64,000 nt of DNA, from positions 109,926,001-109,990,000 of the forward strand of contig NC_043002.1 of NCBI RefSeq assembly GCF_006345805.1. Direction: 5' to 3'. The DNA comes from Octopus sinensis (taxonomy: Eukaryota). Numbering within the stretch: position 1 is the stretch's first letter; every line of letters begins with the position of its first letter. This document shows positions 13,574 to 25,829 of the stretch, piece by piece. A program made the translations under genes and the position numbers. Below the pieces are notes generated by a model that was given only the letters and a program-made list of their open reading frames with translations, was not told where the DNA came from and ran no database searches.

Positions 13574-13693
13574 TTAATTCTCTGAAGAGGCCGTGGGGCA
13601 TCCTTGTTAATGCCTCATTTATACCTGCCTTTATGGCTTATAGGTTAAATGAGGTATGACTGCCCTCACTGCCGAAACAGCTGTCAGTTTTGA
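13574..13693 (+). ncRNA. Minimal hammerhead ribozyme with long helix II
   Basis: CTGAAGA (13582-13588) GGC-(long stem: GTGGGGCA/TGCCCTCAC, CCTCATTTA/TAAATGAGG)-GCC GAAA CAGCTG TC, with predicted cleavage after C13685. Helix I is imperfect (two U-U mismatches). Confidence 0.65.
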
Positions 13694-14055
13694 TTTAATT
13701 GCATATTATATTTGAAATTTTTTACTTATATCTCTTTATCTTTTTACTATTACTGTATATCTCATTTTGTATAATGCCTTTACTCATATGTAATGGTGTA
13801 TTAAAGTATTCATTGGGTATCATCGGATTGTTGATGTTTTATTGATTTAAGTATGTTTCTCCATTCTCTAATTTTGTAGTATTAATTTACGGTAATATTA
13901 TTACCTTTACCCATATAATACAATAGATGAACTGATTGTTTGACAATTTTTAACATCTATGTATTAATCTTGTTGGGTACCTATCTGGCAGTATATTGGA
14001 TATATATTATCCCATGGTGGGTTGAATTTTCAACCCCTATCTCATTTTATAACCA

Positions 14056-14077
14056 TATATATATATATATATTTATT

Positions 14078-14109
<32 letters not shown>

Positions 14110-14385
14110 TGTATGTATGCATGTGTGTATGCATGTATGTATGTATGTATGTATGTATGTATGCATGTGTGTATGTATGTATGTATGTATGTATGTATGT
14201 GTGTGTATGTGTATGTATGTATGTATGTATGTATGTATGTATGCATGTGTGTATGCATGCATGTATGTATGTATGTATGTATGTATGTATGTATGTATGT
14301 ATGTATGAATGTATGTATGTATGTATGAATGAATGTATGAATGTATGTATGTATGTATGAATGTATGAATGTATGTATTTATGTT
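14056..14385. repeat. (TA)n/(ATGT)n microsatellite
   Basis: Direct inspection. Confidence 0.95.
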
Positions 14386-15504
14386 TGAAGGGGTGTTGAA
14401 AAGTTCCTGGCTTTAAGGGTATCGGGAAAGGCCTAGTTGAAGGCCCAACTTTCCGAGTTCTTTTACAGGACTTAGAAAAACTGAAGGGCCGCTGCAATAA
14501 GCCCGTCGTTTATGTGTTTGTGTATGTGTGTGTGTATACCTACGTATATCTATGTTTTTGTGAGGTGCTTGTCTCTACATCGCCTTAGAAGCAGTGCTGG
14601 TTTGTTTACGGATCCGATAGAATAAGTACCGAACTTTAAAGATAAGTCTTGGGGTCAATTTTTTTGACTAAACCCTTCAAGGAGGTACTCCAGTATGGCC
14701 ACAGTCCAATGACCGAAACAAGTAAAAGATAAAAAGATTTGTTTGTGTCACCAATTTTGACCCTCCGCAAAATCCCCAAAATTTATTTAATTTGCTTTGC
14801 AAAAGCAACTGCTTTATCGAAAGGATATATTGTTGTTAAATGCTCGAAATACGAGACTAGAAAAACAGCCAACAACTGATGAAGGGTCGTTCTTTATGTT
14901 GTTTGTCTTGTTTTCCATTTGTGTCTTTCGTTGTTCGAAAAAATAGTTCATATTCCACGTACTCGTACTTCGTATTTGTTGTTGTATACGTTTCGTGACG
15001 TCCTGTGCCCCACATATACACAGGGGCCCCACAGCTTTTTACTATTCTCCCAAAGAGCCTGAGAGGGCTACACAAAGTAGAAATAGGTGTTTTCAAATCA
15101 AAACTGGACCTCTCCCTGTAGAGATTCCCAGATGAAATTACCTCACGACAAGATGTGCAAATGAGAGTAGCGACATCAAACTTCATTCTTCACCAAATGC
15201 CACATATTAGAGGAGGCTCTAAGTAATAATAGTGAAGCAAAACGGCGGTGCCCCAGCATGGCCACAGTTCTGAACTGAAACTATAGAAAACAATATATAT
15301 ATATATATGCACAGACATATATTTTTATATAAATAAGGATAAGATCAATATTTTAAATAGCGATCAAATCAAGCGGCAGTATGGGAAGAAAAAACCTTAT
15401 AGGTTATAATTATTATTAAATTTATAAATAAGGGTATCTAAGAGATACCATCATGCTTGAAATAGCAATCAAAACCTGACTCTAAAACCACATCACTTTA
15501 TTTA

Positions 15505-15535
<31 letters not shown>

Positions 15536-16814
15536 ATGCAATGTTTACACGGATTCAGATGTCTACTCGTATGTCGGGGCCTCATCGTCAAAATTGGCCT
15601 TGAGAATATCGAACCATTTCGCAACTTTTCGCGACGTTAATAAATACCAAGCTACAGGACTTAGCAAACTTATCTGGCGTTTGAAGAACGCGAATTCGGC
15701 TTTTAGGCTGGAATGGTCGATTTTGTCGGTGGTCCTCCCGTTTGATAGGGACAGAAGGAGGTGTAATCTTTGTAACTCTGAGCTTTTCCACATATTGTTC
15801 GCCAGAGGCCGTTTGGTAAACGGGCTTTTACAGACGGCTTTTCGATGTCCCCATTGGCGGCGTCATACTTATCTTACATATAAATGATACCTAGGACAAT
15901 TAACACCTTGTTACCCTATTAAAATGAAAATAATTTTTGGAAATAATTTTTGAAAAAACTTTTTTAAAAAATTCTCTGAATAACTCTTGCAAGGGGAAAT
16001 TACTCCCCTTATGCGATTGGTCGGTTTTTTGTTTTTTTAGAAGCAAACGCCGGAATTATATACCCTTGTGTTTCTTTGACGATGTTAATTTTTAGACAAG
16101 CAGGCCACAGACGAACACACGAACACAGAAAAATTTTTTCAGCCGCGTGACAGGCCTTTTTCAGCAGTGCTCATTACCTAGCGCCCCTCGCCAACACACG
16201 GGGGCACACACATAGGCTAGTATACACATACATGCTTTTAGGTAGGTTTTGTCTCGCCCCTAAGAAATACACCATGTATTCTTTAAATATTCAGAACATT
16301 AGTTTTGGTCACACAGAACATCTCCACACCCCTTGTTCTCATTAATTCCTCACCTACTAGATTTGACCGCGGCCTGACCTGTAAGTATTCCAACGGACCC
16401 CACCAACCCCCCGATTTCAACGTACATTGATAAGCAGTTTATCCATGGGCTCTTAAGGAGCGTCCTCGTTCGAATTGCTTTGCTGCGCCTCTGTTTTGTT
16501 TTGTTCTGACAACGTAATTCCTGGTTTTTCTTAAGAGAAAGCTGCAATATGGTATCCTTATTTAATCAGAATTTGGAAAATTGTGGCCTTTGAAACATGT
16601 GTAGAATGTAATAAAAGGAATTCTGTACAATCTTCGTTCAACTCCATTTCTTCCATTCACTAATTATATTAAACTTCAATTATCCGCACCAACGCACGGT
16701 TGCAACACCATATGGTCTTATCTCCAACCGTGTTTTTTCTGCTGTGATTTTTGCTACCCAGGTATCGGTTAAACTTTTGAATAATCTGTAAAAAGAAAAT
16801 TCATCTTTCCATTT

Positions 16815-16883
<69 letters not shown>

Positions 16884-16979
16884 TATATATATACATATAC
16901 ATATGTATGTATATATACATACATGCATACACACACACACACAAGCACGCACACATGCATACATACATGCATGCAAAAC

Positions 16980-17312
16980 TGGTACTCCGTCGGTTACGAC
17001 GGCAAGTGTTTCAGTTGATCCGATCAACGAAACAGCAGCCTTCTCGTGAAATTAGCGTGCAACTGGCTGAGTACTCCACAGACACCACGCGTACCCCTGA
17101 TGCAGTTTTTTTAGGAGAGATTCAGTGTGACACAGAATGTGACAAGTCTGACCCCCTTTTATATTACAGGTACAACTCGGTTTTGCCAGCTGAGCGGATT
17201 GGAGCAATGCGAAATGGAGTGTCTTGCTCAAGGACACAACGCGTCGCCGGGATTCGAACTCGCTACCTTACGATCGTGTGCCGAATGCTCCTAACCACTA
17301 AACCACGTACCT
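16980..17312 (-). mobile_element. tRNA-head SINE sharing the 3' tail of the second family
   Basis: Minus strand has GTGGTTAGG...GAGTTCGAATCCC and tail GTAACCGACGGAGTACC, as in 9205-9590. Confidence 0.7.
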
Positions 17313-17486
17313 TCACTCATACACACACACACACACACAATTCCGTATGATACTCTCTCTCTTCCTCCCATTTACATAACTGCCAACCAACACTCTTCCC
17401 TCTCTTTCGTTCTCTCATTCTTTGACTTTCTCTTTCTCTATTTCTCTCTCTCTCTTTCTCTCTTTTTCACTCTTTTTCTCTGTGCC

Positions 17487-17534
<48 letters not shown>

Positions 17535-17659
17535 GCCACTCTTTCCTCCCTCCTTCCCTCTCTATTCTCTAACACTAGACACCTAAACCCTACTCCTACC
17601 CCCTCTGCTATGTTATACCACTTGTACAGTGATCGTCGTTGTTTTTGTTGTTGTTGTTG

Positions 17660-17699
<40 letters not shown>

Positions 17700-18636
17700 A
17701 AAGCCACCTTCTTCACATATAAAGGAACCTCTTCTTCTTTCATCCCCATCCACTACTCCACCACCTTCTCCCGACATCACAACAGATATGCTCCTTGATG
17801 TAATACAACAGTCCCGTCCCTCCTACCACGACCGCCACCACAAGCACCCCGCTCACCCCAGTAACACCGTATTAGTTTAGCTTTAACCACAAACGTCAAC
17901 CGCATCAACTATTCTTGCCTAAATATTCCTTTTATGCGAGATTCCTTTTATCTTATCTAATTCTATCACACTTCACTATTTATAGCCTTCCATACTTCTC
18001 TATTTATAGTCTTCCATACACACCTTTCACACAACTTCCTTATTTGTTCATTCTAACACACAACTTTCTCTTTATCTCCCTATTTTTACACTCACTAATC
18101 AACACTTTTTAATCACAAATTCCATTGAAATGTCTTCACCAAATCTATATTATGTGTTATCTGAGCGCTTCTTACTTATTCGACATACATATTCGTGGTA
18201 ATAAATTCGCTTCGCAATCACGTCGTCTTGCGTTCGATTCCACTGCGGATTTCCTTTCAGTGAATATCTTCTACTTTAGTCTCGATGAGTTAACCCAAGC
18301 TTTGTAAATGAAATTCGGTTTACATGAAAATATATAGAATTCCGTCGGTTGGAATATGCCTGTTTTGGCGCGAAGGGAATTAGACATATTTCGCCTCCCA
18401 CTCTGATAGTTGCCTCTTAGTCCCTACTTGGGTGTATTCAACGGAGACCACTCTCTTGCCCTATTTTCTTTTTCGGTTTGGTGCCAGACTCAGTCGATCG
18501 ACCTCCCAGTTTAACAGCCTTCTTGTCCATAGATGTATTTACGAGTAGCTGCTTTGATGTAGCTCTTCTTGTGTGACAGACTTTAATTTACATTATTTAT
18601 ATTTGACGGATATTTGTCCTCATCTTGTTTGTTGTT

Positions 18637-18682
18637 GACACAACGTTTCGGCTGATGTACCCTCCGGCCTTCATCAGGTGCC
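18637..18682 (-). ncRNA. Ultra-minimal hammerhead ribozyme in a short Penelope-like repeat (about 18585-18695)
   Basis: Minus strand reads GGCAC CTGATGA AGGC-(loop)-GCC GAAA CG TT GTGTC. Helix I is GGCAC/GTGTC, helix III is reduced to the ACGT palindrome and the site is GUU. A truncated copy of the same repeat lies at 29895-29975. Confidence 0.6.
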
Positions 18683-19657
18683 TTGGAGAAATTCCTCATC
18701 TCTTAAATATATAACTGACTTTAATTTGTTTCCCGATTCAATTCCTCCACCTGGTTCTTGGTGACATGTATCGAATGGAAACTGAGAATATTAATATATC
18801 TGTCCTGAGAATATTAAGATCCTCCACTTGTCTTCATACAATTCTCGGAGGTTCTGTAATAAGGCCATTGATGTTGCCGGTTGTTCTTTGACTAAATCAT
18901 AAAAGCACTTCAAGTCATTCATTAAATGAAATTTGGTATTATTCACAACTGTCTTCTATTATATACCAATGAGAAAAGCTCTGCGAAATCGAGAGGAATG
19001 GTCACGGCTGGAATATCTTTTATCATGGGTCTCTTATCAATTTACATGTGTTCAAATCGTACATTAGTTGTATCAGAGCTTATGAATGACATGAATTTAT
19101 TTACTCCTGTCCGATGAAATCACAAGAACAAAACAATTCTCTGCTGTCATCGTTTTAGTTTTACTGTTATTGCTTGCTGTTGTTGTTGTTTCTTGTTTGT
19201 TGTTGTTGTTCTTGCTGGTGCTGTTGCTGTTGTTACCTGTGTTGTGCCAGGTCAGCCCTATGACATCCAATCAGTCGACCGAACGACAAAACTTTCACTC
19301 ACAGATCATCGATTCCAAATGTCCTTATGATGTCACCAAGCTGAGGACCATACTGGTCACTCCCATCCGCCAACATTAATCGTATGGGCAGGTGTATTTG
19401 AGTCTGAACATTCTGCACCCTTTCCATCGTCCAATATAGACTAAAGTGATGGTCACAGAAGAAGTAGCCAAGGTACATCCGATCAAAGTGCGACAATTTC
19501 ATTTCTCAAATACTTATTTAGTTTTCTTACCAGCAAACCCAAGCTCTTCTTAAGTCCTGTTCCGCTCTCACAACCTATATTTTAAGCAAACTTTAAAACC
19601 TAAAACTGCCCTCTTCGATCTCGACTACATCTTTATTTTGATATCATGGAACTTGTA

Positions 19658-19874
19658 AGGCGACGAGCTGGCAGAAACGTTAGCACGCCAGGCGAAATGC
19701 TTAGCAGTATTTCGTCTGTCTTTACGTTCTGGGTTCAAATTCCACCGAGGTCAACTTTGTCTTTCAACCTTTCGGGGTTGATAAATTAAGCACTAGTTGC
19801 GTACTGGGGTCGATCTAATCGACTGGCCTCCTCCCCCAAAATTTCGGGCCTTGTACCTAGGGTAGAAAAGAATA
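19658..19874 (+). mobile_element. Deu/Nin-like SINE, full length
   Basis: Head GGCGACGAGCTGGCAGAA and B-box GGTTCAAATTCC. A 15-bp TSD ATCATGGAACTTGTA lies at 19643-19657 and 19875-19889. Confidence 0.9.
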
Positions 19875-20039
19875 ATCATGGAACTTGTATTTTATATCTC
19901 TTTACACTAAAACTGCTTCTTCAGTTCAATTACTTCTATAGATAATCCGATTCCATTATCTACCTCAATTATCTTAAAATCTATAACGATTTAAAACATG
20001 ATTTTTGCCCCTTAGTTGTTGTGTAGCTATAAAATATGT

Positions 20040-20307
20040 CTTTATTGACGGTCTCAGCAGAATTGTCGAAATTGACGAGACAGTATTTCCAAGGAGAAAA
20101 TATTACAAGGGTCGAATGTTACATGAACACTGGGTTTCCAGTAATGTGTGTTGTGAGACATGTGAGATATTTCTGGACACTTTGCCTTTACGAGATCGTG
20201 ACACGCTGGGAGAGTTCATTCGACAATCGATTCTACCGGGAACAACGATATTCAGCGATCGCACGTTTCAGAGATTCCAGGTTACCAATTTCTTCACAGA
20301 ACTGTGA
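20040..20307 (+). pseudogene. Merlin (IS1595/ISXO2-like) transposase fragment
   Basis: IVEIDETVFPRRKYYKGR..EHWV...RDRDTLGEFIRQSILPGTTIFSD matches the Merlin DDE signature VEIDE..F..RKY.RGR..WV...I.PGT.I.SD. Confidence 0.85.
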
Positions 20308-20455
20308 ACTCACAAAACACCACCCACATTCAATGACAATGTTAATGCTGTTCCCATGGTAAAAGGCATTAGTGACTTCCGATACGTCAACCCTGGGCGC
20401 TTTTGATTGGCTAATATTACTTAACTTCATAGTCTTATAATTTTTATATTCTTAA

Positions 20456-20851
20456 CTAGCAGTATCGCCCGGCGTTGCTCGGGTTTGTAAGGGAAATAAC
20501 TATATAAGCATTTTTAGAGATGTAAAGTATAATAGCCATCTCAATATGGCTAACCACAAAGAGGGGGTGTTACTGTAGCTTTTTACGTTCTGAGATTTAA
20601 TAATAAATTTTTAGAGAGTTACTTCCCTTATATATGCCAAAAATGCATTAAAAATGGGAAAAATTGATGGTAAATTTTTTTTTAAATCGTAAACTCATCG
20701 TAGACGCGCGCTAATACCCAGAAGGGCTCGATATGAATCACGACTATAAGATACCCGGTTTTGGTTAAACTGCACCGCAAAATGTGGTAGTAGTTAGGAA
20801 TCTAAATCGTAGGAGACAGACAGCACACAACCTCACTTTTATATATAAAGA
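20456..20851 (-). mobile_element. Short non-autonomous Helitron
   Basis: On the minus strand it starts A|TC at 20851, has a 3' hairpin CCCG..CGGG and ends CTAG|T at 20456-20459. Confidence 0.8.
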
Positions 20852-21479
20852 TTATGGAGAAATGAATGTCAGTATAGTAAATCTGAAAAAAATACTGCTG
20901 GCTGGGAAAAAAATTAAAACGTGGCCAATCACGAATGTCGTCTGCTTCCAGTTTTCTTTACTGATTTAAGTCTCAAATATAAGTTCCCTTTTATTTTGTT
21001 TTCCTTCTTTGTCCATGTTGCAAACTCCTTGAATTTGAATGTTTCTTCTCGCTCCTTGATTGTTTCGTCTTTGAATCTATTTCATTCTGCAGGCAATCAG
21101 TATTTTGAGTTCTCTTAACTAATTTTTTCTCTTTCAACTTAATCTTTAAACTATCTGGAATACATACCCACGCCAACCCACCGCCAATTAGTTATTGACC
21201 TTTGACTGTTTGTCCTTCATACACAATAGATATCCTCTTGGTTCTCCACAGCAGATGCAGTCGTAATCTGTCCGGTTCAGTAGTGATGTCAGCAATAGAC
21301 AAAAATGTAAAAGGTTAGCGAATGACCTCGGAACTTTTCTCTTTTTTCGTCGCCTCCGAACTAATCAGCTTTTTATCTTTTCTTCGCTATTTCGTCTCTC
21401 TCTTTCTTTCTCTCTCTCTCTCTCTCTGTATATACACACACACACACCACACACACATACATACATATATACATATATA

Positions 21480-21544
<65 letters not shown>

Positions 21545-21553
21545 TATGTGTGG

Positions 21554-21856
21554 AGGCGCAATGGCCTAGTGGTTAGGGCAGCGGACTCGCGGTCGTAGGA
21601 TCGCGGTTTCGATTCCCAGACCGGGTGTTGTGAGTGTTTATTGAGCGAAAACACCTAAAAGCTCCACGAAGCTCCAGCTGGGGGTGGTGATCCCTGCTGT
21701 ACTCTTTCACCACTCTTTCTCTCACTCTTTCTTCTGTTGGCCTGCTCGCTTAGCCAGCGGGGTGGCATCATTCGAAGGCTAAAACAATGAGAAAGCATTG
21801 TGACCAGCGATGTGTAGCAACATCTGATGGTCTGGTCGGTCACGTGATCACGTGAT
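21554..21856 (+). mobile_element. tRNA-derived SINE: second-family head with a different 3' half
   Basis: Matches 5052-5230 up to CTCTCACTCTT, then an unrelated tail ending GTCACGTGATCACGTGAT. Confidence 0.75.
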
Positions 21857-23022
21857 ATGCCTATGTGTATGTATTATACACATACTGTTGTGCAATGTTT
21901 CCATGGTGTGGTTTGCATAATTCTCTAATATTAAAATTACGATGATAGTAAACAAGGTTTGCTTTAGAAGTGACGAGATGTATTGAAAGATAAGGAAATA
22001 ATTTTCTTCTCAAACGCAGGATAATGCTAATAAGATATACATCCTAAATTTGCAGAATTTGTCGTTGGGTTACTTTAGCGTAAAGGCAAAGCACTGCGAC
22101 GCGTAATCACAGGGATGTGGGTTCGATTCTTATGGCTGTCCGCCGACACACTTTCCCGCAAAATATGGATAATTTATCCTGTTCATGCTATATTATTAGT
22201 ATTGTCCTGCGTTTGAGAATAAAATTATTTCTTTATCGTTCTCTAATATTACATTTATTTTATTCACATGATAGTTTTACTCAATGTCTAAAAGATATCA
22301 GTGTCAAAAGATTACTAGATATCCACCGATTATTTACGCAACCAATCCATTGACCAGCTTCATCTGTTATTTTATAGAACTATTTTATATATTTGTATTC
22401 GAGGCATTTCTGTTTCTTTACTTCGCCATACATGATACTCCAGTAATTACTGGTACTGTTTCTACCATTATTCATTGAGAAGAGTTTCAGTTTCGAGATC
22501 ACTATCACTACATTTCTTTTTTTTTTTACATATTGGGAGGGCCATCAAGCCAATAATAAACACACACACTGATTCTATTTCACATATTTATTTATCGATT
22601 GAAAATTTGGTTAATTAATTAATTCACTAGTCGACTGTTTGATTAATCGTTTGATCCTCCAATCAGCCATTCCTTCAATCGATTGATCAATAAATCAATC
22701 AGCTAGCTTTATCAAAGTGCTTTCGTCGCCATTCGCGATCTAATCAATATCACTCCATCTCCAGTCCAGTTCTGATTCAGATCTTTCTGTCTCTCTTTGG
22801 ATATTGCCCCACGTGATAAAACAGACGAAACTTCTGCCACTGTCTACGGTATGAATACAAAACTTCATGAAATAATAAGTTTAATTACAAGAAATTCATT
22901 AGGCCAAAGTGAATCAATTTTCTCAGATTCGCATGTCGCTACACATGTACATAGACACATACCCACAATGTATGTATGTATGTATGTATGTATGTATGTA
23001 TGTATGTATGTATGTATGTATG

Positions 23023-25024
23023 TACTTTGATACTTTGATACTTTGATAGGTTTCGGCCATTATTGGCCCAGGCCATGTCTAACTTAATAGCACCACCTGG
23101 TGAAGTCTTTCAAGTCAGAATTTGGGCACTATGGCCCACTCAAGTAGAGAGTTATTGTTTACAGAGACATATCCGGGTGTAGGGGGTTTATCCGGGATTT
23201 CTTGAAGGAATCTGTCCAAAGACTTCTTGAACCCTATAGGGTCAGTTTCTGTTTTAATGTGTTTTGGTGTAATGTTAAAGAGAGCGGGGCCAATTGAGGT
23301 GAAATAATTGTGCCGTATTGTTGTTATGAGATGAGAGTGCGATTTTTGTTTTGGGCGGATGGCACGGGGCCCAAGCCTTGGATGTACCTTAAAGGTGATG
23401 CCAACATCATTTGGGCAATGCTGATGGAATATTTTCCACATCATGCAGATGATGTAGCGCTCACGACGACGTTGGAGAGAATAGAGTTTTAGCTTTTCTA
23501 GTCGACCCCAGTAGTCGAGGACTGTCATGCCATCTATCTTTTTTGTGATTGCCCTTTGAGGTGCTTCAACTTTTATGATACCTTGTATTGTGTGGGGAGA
23601 CCACAGTGGACAACAGTATTCAAGGTGGGGTCGGGCAAAAGTGGAGAAGAGAAGGATAATGGTGTGGATATCTCTCGACTGGAAAGTTCTGAGAATCCAG
23701 GAACACATTCTGCGGGCCATGTCAACTTTGGTGTTTATATGAGTGGCCCAGCTTACGTTGTTGTCCACAATTACTCCCAAGTCTCTGATGTTGTTGGACG
23801 CCGCGAGAGTTTCACCTGAAGGAAGGGAGTATGGGAGTTTCAGGGCATCCTCTTTTCCAAAGTGGATTAGCTCAAATTTATCCTCGTTCAGCAGCATATT
23901 GTTTTTTCTGCCCATTGGATAACAGCCAGTAGATCTGACTGAAGGCATGTCCGGTCACTCGCCTCATTTATGACCTTCTGTAGCTTGGAGTCATCTGCAA
24001 AGATTTTATGTTGCTGTGCTTGATGATGTCATTAATGTCATTAATGTAAATGATGAAAAGAAGTGGGCCCAGAACAGTGCCTTGCGGAACGCCACTACTG
24101 ACTTTGGCTGGGCTTGATTTTACCCCTTCAACTACAACATGTGAGATCTGTCTGTCAGGAAACACTTAATCCATTTCAGTAACTTTCCAGAGACACCAAT
24201 GTTGGATAGTTTTTTCAATAGGATCTTGTGATCGACCCTGTCGAAGGCCTTACTGAAATCAAGGTAGATGACATCGGTGTTGGAGCCCTCTCCCAAAGCT
24301 CTCAAAATGTCCTCAAAGTGATGCAGGAGCTGCGTTAGGCAGTCCCTTCCATTACGGAACCCATGTTGGTTGGAGATCAGCCGTCTGTTGCTTTCCAGAA
24401 ATTGGGTTATTCGAGATCTCACCACCCTCTCAAATACCTTGATGATATGAGAGGTGAGTGAGATCGGACGGTAATTCACTGCAAGGGACTTGTTTCCCTT
24501 TTTGAAAACTGGGACAACAGACTGGGACAGAAGGTTTTTTGGAATATAGCCAGCATCCAGTGAGTTTCTCCACAGATTAGCAAGGGGAGATGCAAGTTGG
24601 TGTCGACACACCTTCAGGACACAAGCAGAGAACCTATCGGGGCCTACTGCTGAATTGTGTTTTATTTCGTTTATCGCCGCTAAGACATCAGGGGCACTAA
24701 ACGTTATGTCCGATATAGTGTGTTGGGGGTTGACATCACTGATACAGCCCAGATCGGCCATATCAGGATTGCTGAAAACAGAGCAGTATTGTTTCTGCAG
24801 TATCTCGGCCATGGATTTGGCATTATCTTGGAGAGTGCCAGTTTCGTCAATTAGAGGGCCTACAGTGGAGACAGTGACCCTGCGTTTCCTCGCAAATGAA
24901 AAGAACACTTTGGGGTTGAGTTTGATTTTTTCAATGGCCCACTTCTCCTCAGCTGATCTTTGGTTATTGATGAGGGTCTTCATGCATTGTTGGAGGTTAT
25001 ATTTTTTGGATTCAAGCAGTGCGG
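23023..25024 (-). mobile_element. 5'-truncated CR1-group LINE (ORF2 reverse transcriptase, frameshifted)
   Basis: [68 protein letters not shown] and SLQRRRER are spread over ORFs 24132-24983, 23968-24165 and 23115-23948. It has a 3' (ATCAAAGT)n tail and is inserted in (ATGT)n. Confidence 0.95.
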
Positions 25025-25406
25025 TATGTATTTGTGTGTGTATGTATGTATTTGTGTATGTATGTATGTATTATGTATGTATGTAACTATGCATGTATGT
25101 GTGTGCATGTATGTATATATGTATGTATGCATGTATGTATGTATGTATGTATGTATGTATGTATGTATGTATGCATGTATGTATGAATGTGTGTGTGCAT
25201 GTATGTATGTATGTATGCATGTAAATATGTATATATATATGTGTGTGTATGTATGTATATATATATGTATGTATATATATATGCATGTATACATGTATGT
25301 ATTATGTATATTTGTATGAGTGTGTATGTGTGTATGTATGTATGTATGTATGTATGTATGTATGTATGTATGTGTATGTATGTGTGTATGTATGTATGTA
25401 TGTATG

Positions 25407-25440
<34 letters not shown>

Positions 25441-25498
25441 TGTATGTATGTATGTATGTATGTATGTATGTGTATGTGTGTGTATGTATGTATGTATG

Positions 25499-25532
<34 letters not shown>

Positions 25533-25582
25533 TGTATGTATGTATGTATGTATGTATGTATGCATGTATGTATGTATATGTG
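25025..25582. repeat. (ATGT)n microsatellite
   Basis: Direct inspection. Confidence 0.95.
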
Positions 25583-25829
25583 TAGATTCTCTTCTATTTT
25601 TAAGTACATGAAGTCTTTCGGTAGGGAGGGAACTGGTTTCTAACAAACATACAAAAACTCCTTCATTGGAATATTGATAAAAGAAAAGTCTTACAGATTG
25701 TAACTGCAATATCCGACATTTTATTTCACGTTGCCCCAGTTCACTCAGCTGTAGAAATGAGTTGTGACGTCATCACTGGTGCCAAGCTCTATAGGTCTTT
25801 GCCTTTCCCTTGGATAACACTGGTTATAT

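Larger units (their letters stand above)
12531..13873. repeat. Spacer-less near-perfect palindrome (about 670-bp arms) of a Penelope-like non-coding element
   Basis: The left arm starts AATTAGAGAATGGAG and the right arm ends CTCCATTCTCTAATT. The centre is an (AAT)n/(ATT)n junction near 13210. The visible differences between arms are homopolymer or microsatellite lengths. Confidence 0.95.

Noticed and set aside
14830-14945. CTGATGA with nearby GAAA
   Set aside because: No helix II or helix III pairing could be built.
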